From Eledone cirrhosa (taxonomy: Eukaryota): a DNA stretch of 64,000 nt. Position 1 is the first letter of the stretch. The number at the start of each line of letters is the position of its first letter. The notes under the pieces were generated by a model. It saw nothing but the letters and a program-made list of their open reading frames with translations. It was not told the origin of the DNA and ran no database searches. This document shows, piece after piece, positions 41,156-56,189 of this stretch. Made by a program: the position numbers and the translations under genes. Where the stretch lies: NCBI GenBank assembly GCA_964016885.1, contig OZ024745.1:105896001-105960000 (forward strand), read 5' to 3'.

Positions 41156-41160
<5 letters not shown>
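40258..41160 (-). mobile_element. Tandem plus inverted PLE-like termini (family H) with two hammerhead-like cores
   Basis: Direct repeats 40261-40530 / 40784-41052 (period 523), then inverted arm 41053-41160. Cores CTGACGA...GAAA atatat; stem I pairing unclear. Confidence 0.75.
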
Positions 41161-41197
<37 letters not shown>

Positions 41198-41200
<3 letters not shown>

Positions 41201-41393
41201 AAGAAGGTGTGGTAAGGTACCAGTTGGACCATTATGCAGCAGAGTACTCGATACTTAGGGTAGTAGAGTGGGTAATAGGAAAAGAATGCCAGGAGCCCGG
41301 CGGCTGAGCTCCGGCCGTTTCGACAGCTAGATTGGAACTGTTTGGATGTAGCTGTCGAAACGGCCGGAACTCACCCGTCCGGGTCCTGATTCT

Positions 41394-41398
<5 letters not shown>
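41198..41398. mobile_element. Fold-back PLE-like terminus (family I)
   Basis: Arms ~41280-41330 / 41349-41398 (ccggccgtttcgacagcta / tagctgtcgaaacggccgg); tail on the left; related fragment at 16927-16978. Confidence 0.75.
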
Positions 41399-41419
<21 letters not shown>

Positions 41420-41424
<5 letters not shown>

Positions 41425-41604
41425 GATGAGATTCTACAGGACTAGAACTGTTTCATTCATTAGAAATCATCAGGAATCTGGAATCTTCTAATGAATGAAA
41501 CAGTTCTAGTCCTGTAGAATCTCATCTATATTAAAACTGTTATACTCTGCTATGTATTGAGTACCTTACTTACTGTGGTTACCTCCGATTCAACCCGGAA
41601 TAAC

Positions 41605-41605
<1 letters not shown>
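41420..41605. mobile_element. Fold-back PLE terminus (family J)
   Basis: Arms ~41420-41465 / 41486-41531; ~75-nt tail on the right. Confidence 0.85.
41429..41479 (-). ncRNA. Canonical type I hammerhead
   Basis: agattc CTGATGA tttc-taat-gaat GAAA CAG-ttctagtc-CTG TA gaatct; GUA triplet, 6-bp stem I. Confidence 0.9.
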
Positions 41606-41649
<44 letters not shown>

Positions 41650-41654
<5 letters not shown>

Positions 41655-41711
41655 ATACTCGGGGAGGGTCATATTCTTGTAATAGTATTGCCAGAAATAA
41701 TAACAGAACAC
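41650..41711 (-). mobile_element. Solo terminus of the ORF-bearing PLE family
   Basis: Matches 37541-37600. Confidence 0.75.
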
Positions 41712-41750
41712 ATATATATATATATATATATACAGAGAGAGAGAGAAATA

Positions 41751-41850
<100 letters not shown>

Positions 41851-42186
41851 TTATTGTCATTGTATTACTGTGGTTGTCGTTTTTATTAACTAAATATATA
41901 TGCACGCACAATCTAAAATATAAGTATTTTTCCTATCATTCATTCAATCAGTATATTAGGCCTCATAAATATTTTTATCACATCACTTCAATTATAATAA
42001 CTTATTTTAAAATGATTTATTCATTCATTTTGTTTTACATCGAAATATATGAATCTAGTTGTGTATTATTCAATATAATACATTTAAAACAAACAATGTT
42101 CATGTAAATACATATTTCATAATTATAAAACGGTTTTATGAAATTACACATCAAAAAGCGCTCATTTCTTTTCTCATTTCATCTCC

Positions 42187-42257
<71 letters not shown>

Positions 42258-42386
42258 ATGTATATATATGTATATACATATATGTATATATATATATATT
42301 TATATTTATATATATATATATATATGTATGTATATGTATATATATGTATATACATATATGTATATATATATATATGTATATATATG

Positions 42387-42417
<31 letters not shown>

Positions 42418-42492
42418 GTACATATATATATGTATATATATATATGTAAATATATATGTATATGTATGTATATATATATGTATGTATATGTA

Positions 42493-42539
<47 letters not shown>

Positions 42540-42739
42540 GTACATATATATATGTATATATATATATGTACATATATATGTATATATATGTGTATATATA
42601 TACATATATACATATGTATATATGTACATATACATATATATATATAATATATAACATATTTAACATTTAATGATTCTAAACATTCGATAGTTAACCATCT
42701 ATCTATCTATCTATCCATCTATCTATATATATATATATA

Positions 42740-42825
<86 letters not shown>

Positions 42826-42835
42826 GATATTTATA

Positions 42836-42905
<70 letters not shown>

Positions 42906-43346
42906 TATACATATATATATAGAGAGAGAGAGAGTGAGAGGGGGAGAGAGATAAAGAACACATGAATTAACTTCCTTTTTACAAATATGGAAAAACCTGA
43001 GATAGTGTTGCATGTCGCTAGTCCATCAAATATCAATGCAGAATAACACACATCGTCATCTTTATCATTGTGTCATCAAATACGTACTGGTGAAATAATT
43101 GGTAACGTCATGCAATTGATGCATAGACAATATATAAAATTGTTTTTACCAATCAGAAAATCGAAATGTATCACATATAAACACACTCACACAAATACAT
43201 ACACACGCCCTCACTCTCTCTCATTTACACCCACCCACACACATATATATAGCTAGATAGATAGGTAGATAGACAGATAGATAGATATGCAGGTAGATAT
43301 GTAGATAGATAGAAGTTATATAGGAAGGTAGGTAGATAGATAGATA

Positions 43347-43885
43347 TGTTTCTTTATTAGCCACAGGGGCACAAAAGAAGGGGACAAATACAAAGGGGGA
43401 GGTTTACATACAATAAAAACGTGTAAAATACTATCACAAATGCAAATTAAAAATTAATCGATTTTCCCCAATAGGCGGAGACATTACGTATGGGTAACAC
43501 ATACTCCCGAAAAAATGTGCAACCCTCATCTCCAGGAGTACGAAAAGTGAGTACCTCTTTCCTCTCTTCCTCTTTTTCCTCAACCTACAGGCTGATATAG
43601 AGAGAAGGCCCATTGACTCGGGCCTTTCCCGCCACTTTCACCCACCTTTCATAAAGCTTGCTGGGGTACAGCACCTCTCTCTCCATCCAAGAAAAGGGGA
43701 CAATACAAAGACACATGCCGGGGATTTTACATACAGTCATGTAAATATATTGAAACAAACAATTATAACAATCGAAATCCCCTATAGGGGGGAAGCGCCA
43801 CAAATGGGTTGTTTAATACCCCATCGATAGAAGAACCCTCAACTTCAGGAGCGTGTTGTGCAAGTGCTCCCTTCTTCCTTTTAGT
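43347..43885 (-). mobile_element. 3' end of a probable L1/Tx1-type LINE in (GATA)n; second copy at 44980-45175
   Basis: Minus frame MEREVLYPSKLYERWVKVA; 3' UTR ends gctaataaagaaa. The repeat is visible; the clade is inference. Confidence 0.5.
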
Positions 43886-43907
43886 GAGATAGATAGATAG
43901 AGAGTTA

Positions 43908-43944
<37 letters not shown>

Positions 43945-45457
43945 CAGATAGATAGAAATGTATGTAGGTATATAAGTATGAAGAAAGTGCTCAAGCGCAG
44001 AAATGCAAAAACAGATAGCTTATAAAATAGGCGAAGACGGATAAAGAAGTTGCCGTGTGCCACTATGATGAGTTGAACCCTATATCTTCCAGATACCAGC
44101 TGGAATATATGGAGTTCAACAGTTGTAGTTTTCTTGAGGCATTGCGGAATAGGAGATACAAATACAAATAGGAAATAAGTTTGGTTGTTTGTAAGCTCGA
44201 CAATGTGTGTGGGCTATATGTGCCAAACTAATAAGAATTTGAGTAAATAGATAGAGAAAAGAAAACAACAAAACAAAAGGACTTAGACAAAAGAGTCGGA
44301 ACGATAGAAAGTTACCTTATCAATTTTAATGATACAAAATATTTTTTGATTTACCATCCATTATCAAGCCGGAGTCCGTAAGTGTCTGTTGGGACCTCAG
44401 TGAGAAATCTGAGAAATGGTATGGGTTGGTGTTTGAATATTTAGAATCACTAAAATTGCTAAAGTAACTGTCTATCATCCGCGCTCTTTTATCTAAGTTC
44501 TTTTGTTATTTTGTTTGTTCTTTTTACTTTTCTGATAATAGTATGTGTTTGTGTGTGTGTGTGTGTGTGAGGGGGGGGGGGGTTCTCCACTTGGTTTTGT
44601 TCACAGATCTTACTGGGTCATATTATGCACATATATTTGTAACAATGTCTACAAATATCTTCCAGCATGTCTTGATGGCGGTGTGCATGTGTGAAAGACC
44701 AGTAAACATGTTAGGGTTTATTCCCACGACATTCAATTAGCAACCAGTGTTTCATCAACTAAAAATGCTTTTAGAAATGCAATCTAAGCATCTTAGTGCA
44801 TAAAAATAGCCGGACTAGATTTTACAAAATGTCTCGGTGGAAAAGATAAGAAAATATAAGAAAAATCCTGACACGAGAGAGGTGATCGTAGGGAGGCATC
44901 TTTGTTATGTAAAAATAATTTTTAAAGTTATGTTATCAATATATGAATATATATCTAACTATATACCCATTCACATATATTTCTTTATTAGCCACAGGGG
45001 CACAAAAGAAGGGGACAAATACAAAGGGGGAAGTTTACATACAATAAAAACGTGTAAAATGTTATCACAGATGGAATTTAAAAGTTAGTCGATTTTCCCC
45101 CATAGAGGGAGACAGTTTATATGGGTAACACATACCCCCGAAAAAAAATGTGCAACCCTCATCTCCAGGAGTATTCACATATAGTCATTCCATGATGATT
45201 GATATATTTTTCTAAAGCACAGTAATGTCCCCGAGTGTGAATGTCAATAAATATATACATACAGACATAGGTACAAACACACATACATATATATAACTGG
45301 TATAAGCAGTATTTAAAATTGAGTGTCGTGGCATCATTGCAGATAGCGATTTTAAGACGCGTCCAACTTCATACTGACCAATGAAACATATGTTAATACT
45401 TGGAATAAACCCTACTGTATAGCTTATCCGTGTTATTTTTCCTTTCTTTATTCCTTC

Positions 45458-45631
<174 letters not shown>

Positions 45632-47220
45632 GGGGTGAGCGCATACTTGAGTCACATTCATTTTATTCTAGCTGTATTCCCAACTCTTGATCTTCTGTAA
45701 TCTATTCACGTCTGGGTCACTCTAACTTTATCCTTAGAGGTCCGTAAAATAAAGCAATAGTCATGTTGTGCCTGTTTTATGGCCTAACAGCTTATTTGTT
45801 TTCTAAAACTAAATATTATCCGCCTTGGAATGAGAGGTATAGATAAAGAACAGGGTTTATTAGGTCGACTGCTTGATTAAAACTATGATGAAAATGTTTC
45901 ATCCACGATGATTTCATTTTTTTCTAATCTTTATGACACTACGACGACATTATACAATGTACTCATAGTGAGATCTTTTAAAAGAAAGAAGTGAATTGCT
46001 TAACGGAGATTTGGCTAGTAATTATAACAGATCGCGTGTCTAGGTAAAGGCACCATGAAAAGGCACCATGAAAATCATGAAGATGATCATGATGAGGAGA
46101 AGAAATAGGAAAGAAGAAAGACAGGAAAGAGGTAAAGAAGGAGCGAACCGTGGTTGTGGTGTAGTTGTTGGCAGTCGATCATGAAAATGATGATGATGAT
46201 GATGATGATTATGATGATGATGAGGAGAAGGTGGAGGTAGAGGTTTTTAATGTTGGGTCGTTTATAAATGTGCTTACCCTTAAACAATTTGACTCATTTG
46301 TCATTTATTCTATTGATCGCTCGGCGGGTTATGGACTAGGGGCACAAATCTACGTGACTAGATACCGCTAAATAACAGAGTTAGTAAACTACATTAGTTG
46401 CAATGATGAAATATGTCATATTAAATTTTAATTGCTTGTAGGGTTTGAACCCCATCTTCAGATTTCAAATCTTCTGCTTTGCTGCACAAATGCTCAGGTA
46501 GCTTTTAGTATATTTATGCACTTTAATTGGTTTGCGTATTTGACCATAACAAACGTTGAAATGCTTCTCTGCAAGTTGAACAGCAGGGAATTTATTCCAG
46601 GGAGAAAATCAGGAAATTTATTCCCAGAGAGTGGAATGCCAGAGAAGAATTATTATATTTATTATTTTATTTATTATTTTATTTATTTATTTATTCGTCT
46701 ATTTGTATATATATTTATTATCATCATCATCGTCATCTTCGTGAGTTTGCTGGGCCAACTATGGAAAATGTATTGCCACCGGCTTATTTAGTAATCATGT
46801 GGTGCTTGCAGACAGTATTCAGAAACTGCATGAATAAGTCTGTGACCGACGTCTTCGCATGAAAATATTTTTCGCTGTGTCTTCATATCGATCAGACAAG
46901 GAAGACTAAGTTTGTCTCAGCTGACCGAGCAAGATTGAAATGGAATTTACTTATGAAGGAAGGGAAAAGGAACCTAAAACAGATGGCAGACTACAAGATT
47001 GGACTAGCTTAAAGGATATGCATACATGCATAATGTACATATTGTTATTCAAAGAGAGTATTTATAAAAACTGTTTCATGTGTACGTACGTACGTGTGTG
47101 GAAGTACGTTTTGTTGCGCATTTTACTTTAAGCACATTCGACTGTAGACTAATTGTGGGCGCTTATCGACATGTATGTTTTTCTATACACACACACACAC
47201 ACATATATATATGTATATAC

Positions 47221-47312
<92 letters not shown>

Positions 47313-47384
47313 GTATATAAGTATATATATGTATATACGTATACATGTATATATATATATATATATATCCATGCATATATATGT

Positions 47385-47458
<74 letters not shown>

Positions 47459-47637
47459 ACATGTATATGCTTATATATATATATGTGTGGTGTGTCTGTG
47501 TGTGTATACGTGCAAATGTATATATTTACATAAATATATATACGTATATATGTATACATATATATACGTATATATGAATATATGTATATATTTTTCCACG
47601 CATAAATATATATACGTTTATATATATATATACATAA

Positions 47638-47758
<121 letters not shown>

Positions 47759-48019
47759 TAAATACAGAAAATAATTATTCAGCATCAGAATGAGGATTGG
47801 GCAAATCTTGACACATGGAAATGAAGTAACGTGAAATCAACTTTTTCTCTTATAGAACTTGTGTAATGAATGATCAAAGATCAGAGAAGTTAATGGGTGG
47901 TTTACTACTACTACTACTACTACAACTAATACTAGTACTGCTGCTGCTGCCGCTGCTACTGCTGCCGCTGCTACTGCTGCCGCTGCTACTATTACTACTA
48001 CTACTAATAATAATAATAA

Positions 48020-48236
48020 TGTTTTCGGATTTAGGCACGAGGCCAACAATTTGGGGGACGGGGAAAGTCGATCAAATCGACTCAGTGCCTTACTGGTACT
48101 TTGTTCTATCGACCACATAAGGATCGAGAGGCAAAGTTAACCTTGGCAGTATTTGAAATCAGATCGTAAAAGGGCGTAACCCTATGCCATAAAGCATCTT
48201 CTCCGACGCTCTACCGATACTGCCAATCCACAACCT
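48020..48236 (-). mobile_element. SINE (long variant, older)
   Basis: Family match. Confidence 0.8.
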
Positions 48237-48559
48237 TACTAATACTACTATTACTACTAATAATAATTAAACTTATACGACAACCACTAATACCAATGAT
48301 AATGTTTTTTACTGTCCATTAGAACCGTAACACAAATCACATTATAAAGGAACAGGAACAATGTCAATTTACAAACATCTTGTAATAAAAAATACAGATA
48401 AAACAGTGTTATTAATAACAGAATTTGCGAAAGAAGAGAGCACCACCCAGGGGTAGTTTTGGAACTCCACAGTTCCGAAATCACCCAAATACTCAGAACA
48501 ACCGTAGGAAGGCGTCATCTTTGGTTTAAAATCTCAAGTCCTAAGGTGCATGCTCATTG

Positions 48560-48990
48560 TAGGCACATTCACTCAGACAATTCTCGCTACATTTATTCAT
48601 ATTTTCCTCTCCACACCCACCTTCTTTCCCCCGTAGAACTTGAAAAAGTCGATGAGAACTTGGCTGAAGAGGAGATGGTTTGTCTTCTTTTCCATTTGCT
48701 AGGTGAAGCATGTTAATTGGTCTTAGATCAGTCTCTGATCTCAAAGACTCAATATATCACGTAGGATTCTGGCAGTGCTAGTGATGGTAGATATTTGGAT
48801 ATTACCTATGCAGTCTGGAATCCAAAGTCTTTTGATGAAAGACGTATGAGTTTGGGTACCGTGTATGGGACCCAAATGACGATTTCCACTAGTTCTGTCT
48901 CTACATGGTGATAAGTTCTGCATACTCATTGGTCTTTTCCATTTGCTTTTCAGACACATCGTGGTCTTCAATCAATTTTGGGATATTGTT
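48560..48990 (-). pseudogene. R4-type LINE fragments
   Basis: IQISTITSTARILRDILSL* matches the R4 C-terminal pattern of other copies here. Confidence 0.55.
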
Positions 48991-49160
48991 TGTTTTTATA
49001 TCAATATCAGGGCGTTTGTGTTGGACTTTGTTTGTGGTGTTGATCTCAAGGTCCCAAAATAAATGTATAACATTATAGAAAATAGTAAATGATCTAATTC
49101 CTGATAGGAACTGCGGTCGAAGATAATATCAGTTTCGTCACAGCTAGAACAGCTTTTATT

Positions 49161-49347
49161 ATAGCGGTGAATTGGCAGTATCGGTAGATGGTCGGACATG
49201 CTTTCTAGCATAGTTACGTCCCCTTACGATCTGAGTTCAAATCCTGCCGAGGTTAACTTTGCCTTTCATCATTACGGGGTCGATAAAGTAAAGTACCAGT
49301 AACGTACTGGGTAATTGCTGGCCTTGTGCCAAATGTAGAAACAATTA
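49161..49347 (+). mobile_element. tRNA-derived SINE
   Basis: A box, B box and body. Confidence 0.9.
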
Positions 49348-50788
49348 TAGTCTTGCTGTATTAAAATTGGTGACATTTCAATCATGATATTTGCGATTAA
49401 GTTAGTAATTTTCTTTTAAACATGTTTAGCAAGAATCTGAACTTTGATGATGTGTAGCCAGAAAATGATGTGTAATTTAATTCGTGTTCTCACAGCAGAG
49501 AAGATGAGATTTAAACGTTTTTGTAGATCACAGAAAATAACTATAATTCTATGCAGAAATAGCTTAGAATATTACATGAAACTAGCAGAAAAACAACCCT
49601 ACGGGTGGTTTTCTGCTAGCATGTGTAGTGTGTATATTGATATTATAGACAAATATATATGCATGTAAATATAATACATCAAATAAAATCGTAATTGACA
49701 ATATACACAGAAATTGAACAAAGCCTATGTTACACTAAGACGACATTATATATAAACTGCATTAGGAGAAAATTAGCGACGGAAATATATGCAATTATAG
49801 GTGTTATAATATAACGGCCGCTAACCGGAAGTGTTGACATTTGATAATTTTAAAGAAGTGAATTTTAAAGATTAAGCTATAAAATATACTTGATCAACAG
49901 CCACGAAATTTAGCACATCAATTATGTAATATTAATTCCTTATTTATTCAAAGTAATCCAACTTATTTTACAAACCGGGTAAAAAATATATTCTGGACGC
50001 AATCCCGCAGACCTTCTTTTATTATAGTTAAGATTATACATAATACCATCTGGCATATCGTAGAATATATAATGATATGTTATGATATCAAATATGAAAT
50101 AAATTATGTTTTGATGTGGCGTACGGTGATTTCAAACCATAGGAATATAATGTGTTTCGATATTCATATAGAAAACTGTTTAGTTACATATCAGTACCGA
50201 TCTAGCCGAAGTATTCCTTTTATACTTTTGGGCAAAGGTTCTCAACCCATTTCGGCCCAAAATCACGAAACGCCCCCCTATCCTATTTTTCCAGATTTCA
50301 ATATACTACTGATTTTGATATCAGCAGGTTACTGGGCCAAATCAAGTTACGTTAGAATCTTTAAAAAATACTCATACGAATTAAGTACAAACAAGTTTCA
50401 GTCCAAAACAAAAGCAAACTATTTCAAATTATATATTATTGAAAAATAGACGTGAATGTTCTCATAGATTTGATCTCAGTCGAAAAAGATTATTTTTTTA
50501 AATTCTATATTTCACTGTTAGCTGTTGTAATATTTGGAGTGGATAGACAATTCTACAATTCAAATTGTAAAGTCAAAATACAAAAGATGCAAAATATGAA
50601 AAATTTCTTACCTTTCTCTGAAATCACAAACTCAGGGGGAAAATAGTATCTTGCAAAATAAAATACCTCGTAGCAAAATAAAATACTTAGTAGCAAGGAA
50701 TGAATTGAGAAGCTTGGTGGCAGTGAGAAAGAAATATCTGTATTCCTTATATATACATAGATAGATATACACACACGCACACACACAG

Positions 50789-50880
<92 letters not shown>

Positions 50881-51076
50881 GTGTGTGTGTTCCTTGGTTT
50901 TGGTACAGAAAGATTTTTGTCTCCAGTTTTCATTGCCAGGTCAAAGGCCACTGCTCTGTTCAACAACACCAAATAACAACCCTATATATATATATATATA
51001 AATGAAGAAAGAAAGAGGGAGGGAAAGAGAGAGTAAGAAAAAATGTGTGTGTGTGTGAGTGTGTGTTTGGTACACG

Positions 51077-51119
<43 letters not shown>

Positions 51120-51123
51120 GCAA

Positions 51124-51530
51124 TAGGAGGCTCAAACATGCGGCCCACGAACTACTTTTCTGTGGCCCGTAGTAGAACTAATATTTCATATTGCATTATA
51201 ACTGGTGAAAATTAGGCGGTGAGCTGCTGGAATCGTTAGCACATCTGGTGAAATGCTTAACGGTACTTCTTCCATTTTTACGTTCTGAGTTCAAATTCCG
51301 CCGATCTCAACTTTGTCTTTCATCCTTTTGGAGTCAATGAATTAGGTACCAGTTGTGTACTAGGATCGATGTAATCGACTGAACCCTAAACGCCAAATGT
51401 CATGTCTTGTTCCTATAGTAGAAATGATTATAACTGGTGAAAATCTTCACCACCACCACGCTTGGCCCACTGTGCCTCTCCTCCGGGACGTAATGGCCCT
51501 TTTGTGTCCTTCAGTTCGAGAGCCCTCTAC
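51124..51530. mobile_element. hAT/Charlie-like MITE interrupted by a SINE (51213-51426, +) with 18-bp TSD
   Basis: Ends taggaggctcaaacatgcggccc / ggccc...gttcgagagccctcta. TSD attataactggtgaaaat at ~51195 and ~51427. Confidence 0.65.
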
Positions 51531-51531
51531 T

Positions 51532-51564
<33 letters not shown>

Positions 51565-51822
51565 CTTTACTTTTATTCTGTCTCTGGACTACGCCCATGC
51601 TGGAGCATCACCTTAGTAAACTATGGGGACGTCAACAAAACAACAAGCATTGGTGGGATGGCAAACACAAACGCAAAGACACACACAGACATATATACAT
51701 ATATACGACGGACTTCTTTTAGTTTCGGTCTATCAAATCCACTCACAGGGCTTTGGTCGGCCCGGACAGTGGGACTGAACCCGGAAATATGTGATCGGGA
51801 AGCAAGCTTCATGTCACACTGC

Positions 51823-51892
<70 letters not shown>

Positions 51893-52116
51893 GTATAGTG
51901 GTAGCTATGGTGCTTCCGTAGGCGGTATGCCAAAATTAGCACTCGATACTCATCAGAGTAGAGTGTAGGAATTATCAAAAAAACGAAAACACATTTGTAA
52001 CACGAGATAAACTAAGTCCAGATGCATCACTGATTTTTCGTTTTTTTTTATATATACTTATATTATATATATATGTGTGTGTGTGTGTGCATAATATATA
52101 TATTACACGCTCACAA

Positions 52117-52148
<32 letters not shown>

Positions 52149-54639
52149 CCTTACACACTTAACTATATGTATAGCTATATACATACGTAAATATATGTAT
52201 ATATATATATGTGTATGTATGTATGTAGATTTATATATATATATGTGCATGTATGTGTATATATATATATATATATATATGAATGAAAAATGGCTAGCTG
52301 TGTTGTTGCACATATGATATATATAATAAAATGAAGAATTAGAAATATAAGCCAGGACTATCCATCATCAGTGGTCTACTAGCCATCATAGGTATTTCTT
52401 CGCATTACAGACCATATACCTCCGGCTAGGGGAATACAATAACTAAATTAAGTGATTGGGATAAAAACAATTGGGTGTGGAAAGAGAGACAGGTAAACAA
52501 GCAGGAATGGTGAGGCAACGTAAAGAGAGGAAAAAATGAGAAAATCTAGTCAATGATTCATTTTGAACATAAGAACTTGCGAATATTGACGAGAAGGCAA
52601 AGACACATGTTGGCTGAGCGAAGTGAGTGAGGAAAGAATTTCGTACGGTGGGGGACAATGGAGTGAGAGAGAGGGTGAGTAGCAGAGAGTGAGTGAGTGA
52701 AAGTGTGAGGAAGAGGCTAGCCGAGAGAGGGTGACTAGCAGAGGGAATGAGTGAAAGTAAGAGGGAGAAGGGGAGAGAAGGGGGAGAGAGAAAGAGGATA
52801 GCAGTAAGGGAAGAGAAAAAGACAGGTCACAGCGAAGCGAAAAGCATATATATATAAATCTACACACATGCATACATATATATATATATACATACATACA
52901 TTTACGTATGTATATAGCTATGCATTTATACATTTGTATATATACATGCATTTATATTTAAGTGTGTAAGGATGTTGACATTATTTATGTTGTCTTTTTT
53001 TTGGTAAGAAGAACATTTTTGTCTCCAGATTTTATTACCTAGGGAGATTAAATACCACAGCTCTGGCTAAAAGCTGACCAAGTTCTCAACCTCATCAAAC
53101 ACTAACGCTGGCCTGTGTGTGTATATATGTGTATATGTGTGTATGTATGTATGTATGTATGTATGTATGTATGTTCTTTTTGTTGTCATTTCTGTTGAAA
53201 TTGTTCTTGTAACTGTTGTCAAAGTTGATGTCCTTATATTCATTTTCTTTGATTTCTTTTGTTTTTCTTTTATTTCCCTAGGGAATTCGTTGACAAGCTT
53301 CTTTTATTTTTCTTCGTTTTCTTCATTCAAATGCATTCACACTGGCTGTCTAAGTGACGTACAAATATGACTTATAAAACTTACCAAACTAAAGGAGCTT
53401 CCAGCGCCCCCCAAAACTTCAAACGTTCCCTGGAACTCCGACCCCCCCCCCCCCCCCCCCGCTGCGAATCTTTTCTTTAGGGGAATGTGTTGTGATTCGA
53501 AGTCAATTCAGATATTGTTTCTAGTATGTTGAATGACCACATAGTAACGCACTTAGTAGACCAGTACTTTCATCCGTTTAGTCTGTGCAACAGAGTTAAA
53601 TGTAAATGTAACCACGTTTTATGTCCAGCTGTGATGCTTTGTACACAATGAAATTCTTCATGCATACATATTTTCTAGTGAAAATTATTTAAATATATTT
53701 GGCAAAAAATTGTAAAATAGAAGTCGTAAGAAATGCTATATCTCATGCCTGATCACAAATCTTCTTAATTTAGCATTAATGTTCGATGCCTCCTGGGTAG
53801 AGTTCGTGAATGAATCCTTGTGTGAATATTCGCTGTTAATCAATAGAATTTAATCTGTCTCTACATCTAACTTAATTGTCATAATGTAGCTCTCAGATAC
53901 AAATTTCTCAAGAGGTTTCATTAAATAAGATATTTGATATTTGATAAAGCAGACGTTCAACAATTGGTACACTATTTCTACCTATTCAACTCATCTTTCT
54001 ACCGAACTCACTGTCATCCTGTCTACACACATAACTATTCATTTTTCTACTTTCTTAACTACGTAAGTAGATGTCTACATACTTACGTACCGCTTTTGAT
54101 TTCTACGCACTATCTATCTATAAAATTACGTATACGACGTATGGAGAGACATATAAAAAGAGGTATATATAATATCTATTTATCTACTTGTGTATATATG
54201 AGAGCGTGTATGATTTTATCAGAGAAGTGCTGACACAAACCAAGTTGCATAACCTTGGTCCATCATTATCTAAGAGTAGAAGACAACAAGTCTGTCCAAC
54301 TTTGAAGCACAATAAGTTACTTTGGTAGTCTTGCCAATGAAATGGTTAGTATGAGGAGTAAGCTATCCCAACTACTGCAAGTTTGTGGGAACGACTGCGG
54401 TGCAAATGCATATGTCGTTCCACAATATAGCGAGCAATAGTAATATCCACTATATTGTACAGTTGAAATACATAGCACAAACAGTTGTAAAGTTAGTAAT
54501 GCAATAATAATAAGACACCTAAGATTAATCATGAATATTACATCATAGAAAAAAGATAGGGTACCAAGCATGGAAGAGATATTAATACGACGATTGGAAA
54601 GTCGGATAAGTTAATCCTATATATGTATTGATACGTGAA

Positions 54640-54957
54640 ATTAGGGTAGACCTCAACTTAGAAAGTGAGGTTTTTTTTACAAATTGAAAAATAACCGAGT
54701 GAAAATACACGAGTGAAAGTATAAAGAAAAAGAGATGAAATCGAAAATGCAACTGGAGTCTTATTTTTAAAAAAAATATATATATTTATTTGGTTCCTTT
54801 ACCGGTTTCGCAGTTCTTCTGCTTTTCAAAAGTCTGTGGTTTAGACTCTCCATCTCAACTCTACTTTTGAAAAGCAGAAGAACTGCGAAACCGGTAAAGG
54901 AACCAAATAAATATATATATTTAAAAAAAAAATAAGACCCCAGTTGCATTTTCGATT

Positions 54958-54965
<8 letters not shown>
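54640..54965. mobile_element. Fold-back PLE-like terminus, ~100-bp arms (family K)
   Basis: Arms ~54731-54833 / 54863-54965; the right arm runs into (TC)n. Left boundary of the tail is uncertain. Confidence 0.85.
54864..54899 (+). ncRNA. Minimal hammerhead, U3-A8 variant (mirror copy 54797-54832 on minus)
   Basis: ctt TTGAAAA GCAG-aagaa-CTGC GAAA CCGG TA aag. Confidence 0.8.
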
Positions 54966-56185
<1,220 letters not shown>

Positions 56186-56189
<4 letters not shown>

